From the NCBI GenBank assembly GCA_964291415.2, contig OZ219920.1, positions 992,001 to 1,056,000 on the forward strand: DNA of 64,000 nucleotides. The letters run 5' to 3'. This DNA comes from Alphaproteobacteria bacterium. GTDB taxonomy: Bacteria; Pseudomonadota; Alphaproteobacteria; SP197. A program made the translations under genes and the position numbers. Positions 60,108 to 64,000 of this stretch are shown piece after piece; the first letter of the stretch is position 1; each line of letters begins with the position of its first letter. The notes under the pieces were generated by a model. That model searched no databases. It worked only from the letters and a program-made list of their open reading frames with translations, and was not told where the DNA came from.

Positions 60108-60873
60108 CGAGTTCGCACACAAGAGGCGTGTGATCCGACGCCTTCGGCCAGGCACGGGGTGCGCGATCGATGTCGCACGCCACCAGGCGGTCCGCCGCAT
60201 GAGGAGAAAGCAGCATGTGGTCGATCCTGACACCGTGATCCTTTGGCCAGGCGCCACGCTGGTAGTCCCAGAACGTCCAGGCGCCCGCCGTCGTTCCGTG
60301 CAGGGTGGCATAGGCCTCCGTGTAGCCTGACCACACGAGTTCGCGAAACAGCGCCCGGGATTCATCGCGCGTGAGGGCGTCTCCTGGCTGAAGGGCCGAT
60401 TCGTGCGCGTCGTCGTCGGTGGGGCACACATTGTAGTCGCCGCCCAGAACGACCGCTTCCTCGCAAGCGAGGAGGCTGCGGGCATGATCGACCAGACGCC
60501 GCATCCATGCCAGTTTGTAGGCGAACTTTTCGCCCGGCGCCGGATTGCCGTTGGGGAGATAGATTGAAGCGACCCGCAGGCCGTGGGTGAAGACCTCGAT
60601 GTAGCGCGCCTGCGCGTCCTCCGGATCGCCCGGAAGGCAGATTGTCTCGATGTCGATGGGAGACTTGGAGAGGACGGCAACTCCGTTGAGCGCCTTTTGC
60701 CCGGCCACCGCGCAGTTGTACCCGAGATCGCCGATGGCATCGTGGGGGAAGGTCTCCGAAACGGTCTTGAGTTCCTGCAGAAGGACGATGTCCGGCTGCC
60801 GGGCTTCAAGCCATTTCAGCACGTTGGGCAGCCGTACCCTGATCGAGTTGACATTCCAGGTGGCAATCTTCAT
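60100..60873 (-). CDS. xth: Exodeoxyribonuclease III
   Basis: TWNVNS, LQELK, YLPNG, GDYN, RIDH, SDH. Confidence 0.96.
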   Translation of the reverse strand: MKIATWNVNSIRVRLPNVLKWLEARQPDIVLLQELKTVSETFPHDAIGDLGYNCAVAGQKALNGVAVLSKSPIDIETICLPGDPEDAQARYIEVFTHGLRVASIYLPNGNPAPGEKFAYKLAWMRRLVDHARSLLACEEAVVLGGDYNVCPTDDDAHESALQPGDALTRDESRALFRELVWSGYTEAYATLHGTTAGAWTFWDYQRGAWPKDHGVRIDHMLLSPHAADRLVACDIDRAPRAWPKASDHTPLVCELDD

Positions 60874-60893
60874 GTGCCGGCAAAGCGGAGGTG

Positions 60894-61235
60894 TCAGATC
60901 GCGAACGAGGTGCCACAGCCGCATGACGACGTGGCATTGGGATTGTCGAGCGTGAAGTAGTTGCCTTCGAGACTGTTCACGTACCGGAGGGTGGAACCGG
61001 CGAGGTATCGAAGGGAGACATCGTCGATCACGACCCGCGCATTGCCCGTGCCGTACTCGACATCGCCCTCCTCGGGCCCCTCATCGACCGTGAAATGATA
61101 CTGGAATCCCGAACAGCCACCCCCGGTGACAACGATCCGCAGGCGACCTCCGCCCGCTCCAGCCATGATGTCGCTGATCCTGGCAGCAGCATCTTCGGAG
61201 AGGTTGATGCCATCCTGGGGAAGGGTGTCTCCCAT
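60894..61235 (-). CDS. erpA: Iron-sulfur cluster insertion protein (A-type carrier)
   Basis: GGGCSGFQY, NPNATSSCGCGTSF. Confidence 0.92.
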   Translation of the reverse strand: MGDTLPQDGINLSEDAAARISDIMAGAGGGRLRIVVTGGGCSGFQYHFTVDEGPEEGDVEYGTGNARVVIDDVSLRYLAGSTLRYVNSLEGNYFTLDNPNATSSCGCGTSFAI

Positions 61236-61325
61236 CATCCGCATCCTGCCTGGTTCTCCATCATTACCTAGTGTCGCCGCTGGTTGCTGTCAATCCTGCA
61301 TGCGATGGAGTAACAACGTGGCATC

Positions 61326-62471
61326 ATGACCTCAGCACCCTATGCAGCATATCAGGCGACGAGTCGTGGCCGTCGCTTCGCCGAACAGCCGTCCTGCTAC
61401 CGCAGCGAGTACCAGCGAGACCGTGACCGCATCATTCACAGCAGGGCGTTCCGTCGTCTGATGCACAAGACGCAGGTCTTCGCCACTGTTCACGGCGACC
61501 ATCACCGCACCCGCATGACCCATTCCCTCGAGGTGGCGCAGATCGCCCGGACCATTGCCCGCAGTCTGGCTCTCGACGAAGATCTTGCCGAGGCGATCGC
61601 GCTAGCACACGATCTCGGTCACACCCCGTTTGGCCACATCGGCGAAGAGATTCTCGATGAGGCCATGGCGCCGTGGGGTGGTTTCAGCCACAACATCCAG
61701 ACCTTTCGAATCCTCACGCAACTGGAATCCCCCTATGCTGCCTTCGACGGCCTCAACCTGACCTGGGAGACCCTTGAAGGCGTTGTCAAGCACAATGGGC
61801 CCCTGTTGTCTGCGGTACCGCCGGCCATCGCGCGCTACAACCGTCTGCAGGATCTCGAGGTCGATTCGTTTCCGGGCGTGGAGGCCCAGGTCGCTTCGCT
61901 GGCCGACGACATCGCTTACAACGGCCATGATCTCGACGATGGCCTGAGGATGGGCCTCTTCACGCTGGACGACCTCGCCGGCGCGCCGGTTGCCGCGGAA
62001 GCGATCCGGGAGGTTCGGGAGCGCTGGCCCGATGCGCCCCTCGTGCGCAAGATTCACGAAACCATGAGAAAGATCATCGACGTGCAGGTCCGGGATCTGG
62101 TCGAGACATCGCGCGCAACCCTGGCCTGTGTGCGCCCTCAGTCGGCCGATGATGTCCGTTGGCACGACGCGCAGGTCATCGGTTTCAGCGAGGCCTTTGC
62201 GGACGCGGCGGCGGGCTTGAAGGCGTGGCTCTACACAAATATGTACTGCCACGAACGGTTGCGGGGGCAGGCCCGGGAAGCCGGAGCCATACTCCGTGGT
62301 CTGTTCTCGGCCTTCCGAGACGATCCGCAACGTCTGCCGGTCGAATGGAAGGAACATCTGGACGGGTGTGGCGAAGCGGACCGCATGCGCCTGGTCGCCG
62401 ACTATCTCGCCGGCATGACGGACCGCTTCGCACACAAGGAACATCAACGCCTGGTACGCCACGAACCATGA
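61326..62471 (+). CDS. dgt: Deoxyguanosinetriphosphate triphosphohydrolase
   Basis: RDRDRIIHS, KTQVF, RMTHSLEV, HDLGHTPFGH, DDIAY, AGMTDRFA. Confidence 0.96.
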   Translation: MTSAPYAAYQATSRGRRFAEQPSCYRSEYQRDRDRIIHSRAFRRLMHKTQVFATVHGDHHRTRMTHSLEVAQIARTIARSLALDEDLAEAIALAHDLGHTPFGHIGEEILDEAMAPWGGFSHNIQTFRILTQLESPYAAFDGLNLTWETLEGVVKHNGPLLSAVPPAIARYNRLQDLEVDSFPGVEAQVASLADDIAYNGHDLDDGLRMGLFTLDDLAGAPVAAEAIREVRERWPDAPLVRKIHETMRKIIDVQVRDLVETSRATLACVRPQSADDVRWHDAQVIGFSEAFADAAAGLKAWLYTNMYCHERLRGQAREAGAILRGLFSAFRDDPQRLPVEWKEHLDGCGEADRMRLVADYLAGMTDRFAHKEHQRLVRHEP

Positions 62472-64000
62472 ATGTCCATGACGAGTTTACCTCGCGCATC
62501 CGCACCGCCGTGGAGTCGCTCGAGACCCGGGGAGTGGTCGCAGACGGTCTGACCGATCGCATTCAGGTGTCGGATCCGCGCCAGGCTGGCCACGGTGACC
62601 TGGCGAGCAACGCCGCTCTCGTGCTGGCTGGCGTAAACGGCATGGCACCGCGCGAGATCGCGGACCTGATCATCGGCGAACTGCGCCAGGATCCCGACGT
62701 GGCGACCGCCGTCAGCGCCGGCCCGGGCTTTGTCAACATCACGCTCCGTGAGAGCTTCTGGCACTCCTGGCTGAAGCGCCTTCTTGTCCATGGACCCGAC
62801 GCCCTGCTGGCGGACCGTGGTCAGGGTCGCATGGCGTGCGTCGAGTACGTGTCCGCCAATCCCACGGGGCCGCTGCATGTGGGTACGGCGCGTGGCGCTG
62901 TCATCGGTGATGTTCTGGCCTCCCTGCTCGAGGCCGTTGGCTGGAACGTGACCAGGGAGTACTACATCAACGATGCTGGAGCCCAGGTCGATGTCCTCGC
63001 CTGGTCCGCCTACGTCCGCTACCTTGAGGCGCTCGGCGAGCCGCCGGATGCAGCGGTCCTCGAAGCACTCTACCCGGGCGATTACCTCATCGAGACAGGC
63101 AGGGCTCTCGCCGCCAGGTACGGAACGGCGCTGAAGGAGGCCATCGGCGATCGTCGGCCTGGCAGCCTGCCGTTGCCGGAGCCTCTCGTGGAAGTCCGCT
63201 CCTTCGTCATCGAAAGGATGATGGATATCGTTCGCCATGATCTCGCCCTGGCAGGCGTGCATCAGGAAGTGTTCAGTTCGGAGCGCGCCATGATGGAGTC
63301 GGGCGGGATCGAGAGGTGTCTGGAGAAGCTCGATGCCCGCGGACTGATCTATACCGGCGTGCTGGAACCGCCGAAGGGCAGGGAACCCGAGGACTGGGAG
63401 CCCGTGCCCCAAACCCTTTTCCGTTCCACACGCTTTGGCGACGATCTTGATCGGCCACTCAGGAAGTCCGATGGCTCCTGGAGCTACTTCGCCCCGGACA
63501 TCGCCTACCACAACGGCAAGGTTGAGAGAGGATTCGATCTCATGATCAACGTCTTCGGTGCCGATCACGCCGGTTACGTCAAGCGGCTCAAGGCCGCGGT
63601 GGCGGCGCTGTCGGATGGCCGAGCCTCCTTCGATATCCTGCTGACCCAACTTGTCCGCTTTACCGGCAATGACCGGCTGGCGAGAATGTCGAAGCGGGCC
63701 GGCCGCTACGTCACCATGCGCGAGTCGTGGAATCGGTCGGCAAGGACGTGCTGAGGTTCATCATGGTGACACGCCGCAACGACGTGCCGCTCGACTTTGA
63801 TCCGGTGAAGGCGCAGGAGCAGTCGAAGGACAATCCCGTGTTCTATGTCCAGTATGCGCACGCACGCATCTGCTCGGTCCTGCGCAAGGCGGACGAGGCT
63901 GGTATCGACACGTCCGGACTCGCCGGCGCATCCCTGTGCCGCCTCACCCAGCCCCGCGAGATTGCCCTCATCAGGACCCTGGCTGGCTGGCCGGCCGCCA
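62468..64000 (+). CDS. argS: Arginine-tRNA ligase (partial; frameshift near 63724)
   Basis: [27 protein letters not shown]; continues in the next frame as [23 protein letters not shown]. Confidence 0.95.

Noticed and set aside
1-64000. CRISPR arrays, rRNA, prophage or intact IS elements
   Set aside because: None recognised by eye; only IS remnants were found

Overview
GC-rich bacterial chromosomal window, most likely an alphaproteobacterium: xth-erpA-dgt-argS and map-sfsA synteny, glnE, alpha-type ilvD and pyrC. About 50 CDSs and one tRNA-Leu(UAA). Housekeeping genes are interleaved with many scavenging and catabolic enzymes for methylated amines, osmolytes and amides: BBOX-like dioxygenase, DoeA-like and two DddP-like M24 proteins, non-pyrrolysine MttB, a two-subunit dimethylformamidase, amidase, HDAC-family deacetylase and an EutA-like protein. 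Most notable: (1) a three-gene ExbB/TolQ/MotA-like ion-motor cassette with a non-canonical Asp-bearing partner and a third membrane protein; (2) an ArmA/Rmt/Sgm-family 16S rRNA m7G1405 methyltransferase embedded in a metabolic operon; (3) a complete binding protein + TorS-like kinase + REC-PP2C + RsbW/STAS partner-switching operon with no sigma factor nearby; (4) a DMFase cassette bracketed by a duplicated 3' end of mttB with a TnpB fragment at the junction; (5) a tandem-fused double acyl-CoA dehydrogenase; (6) a decaying erythritol locus ending in an IS110 remnant. Three single-base frameshifts (one in essential argS) are probably assembly errors. All calls come from motif recognition by eye; no database searches were run.
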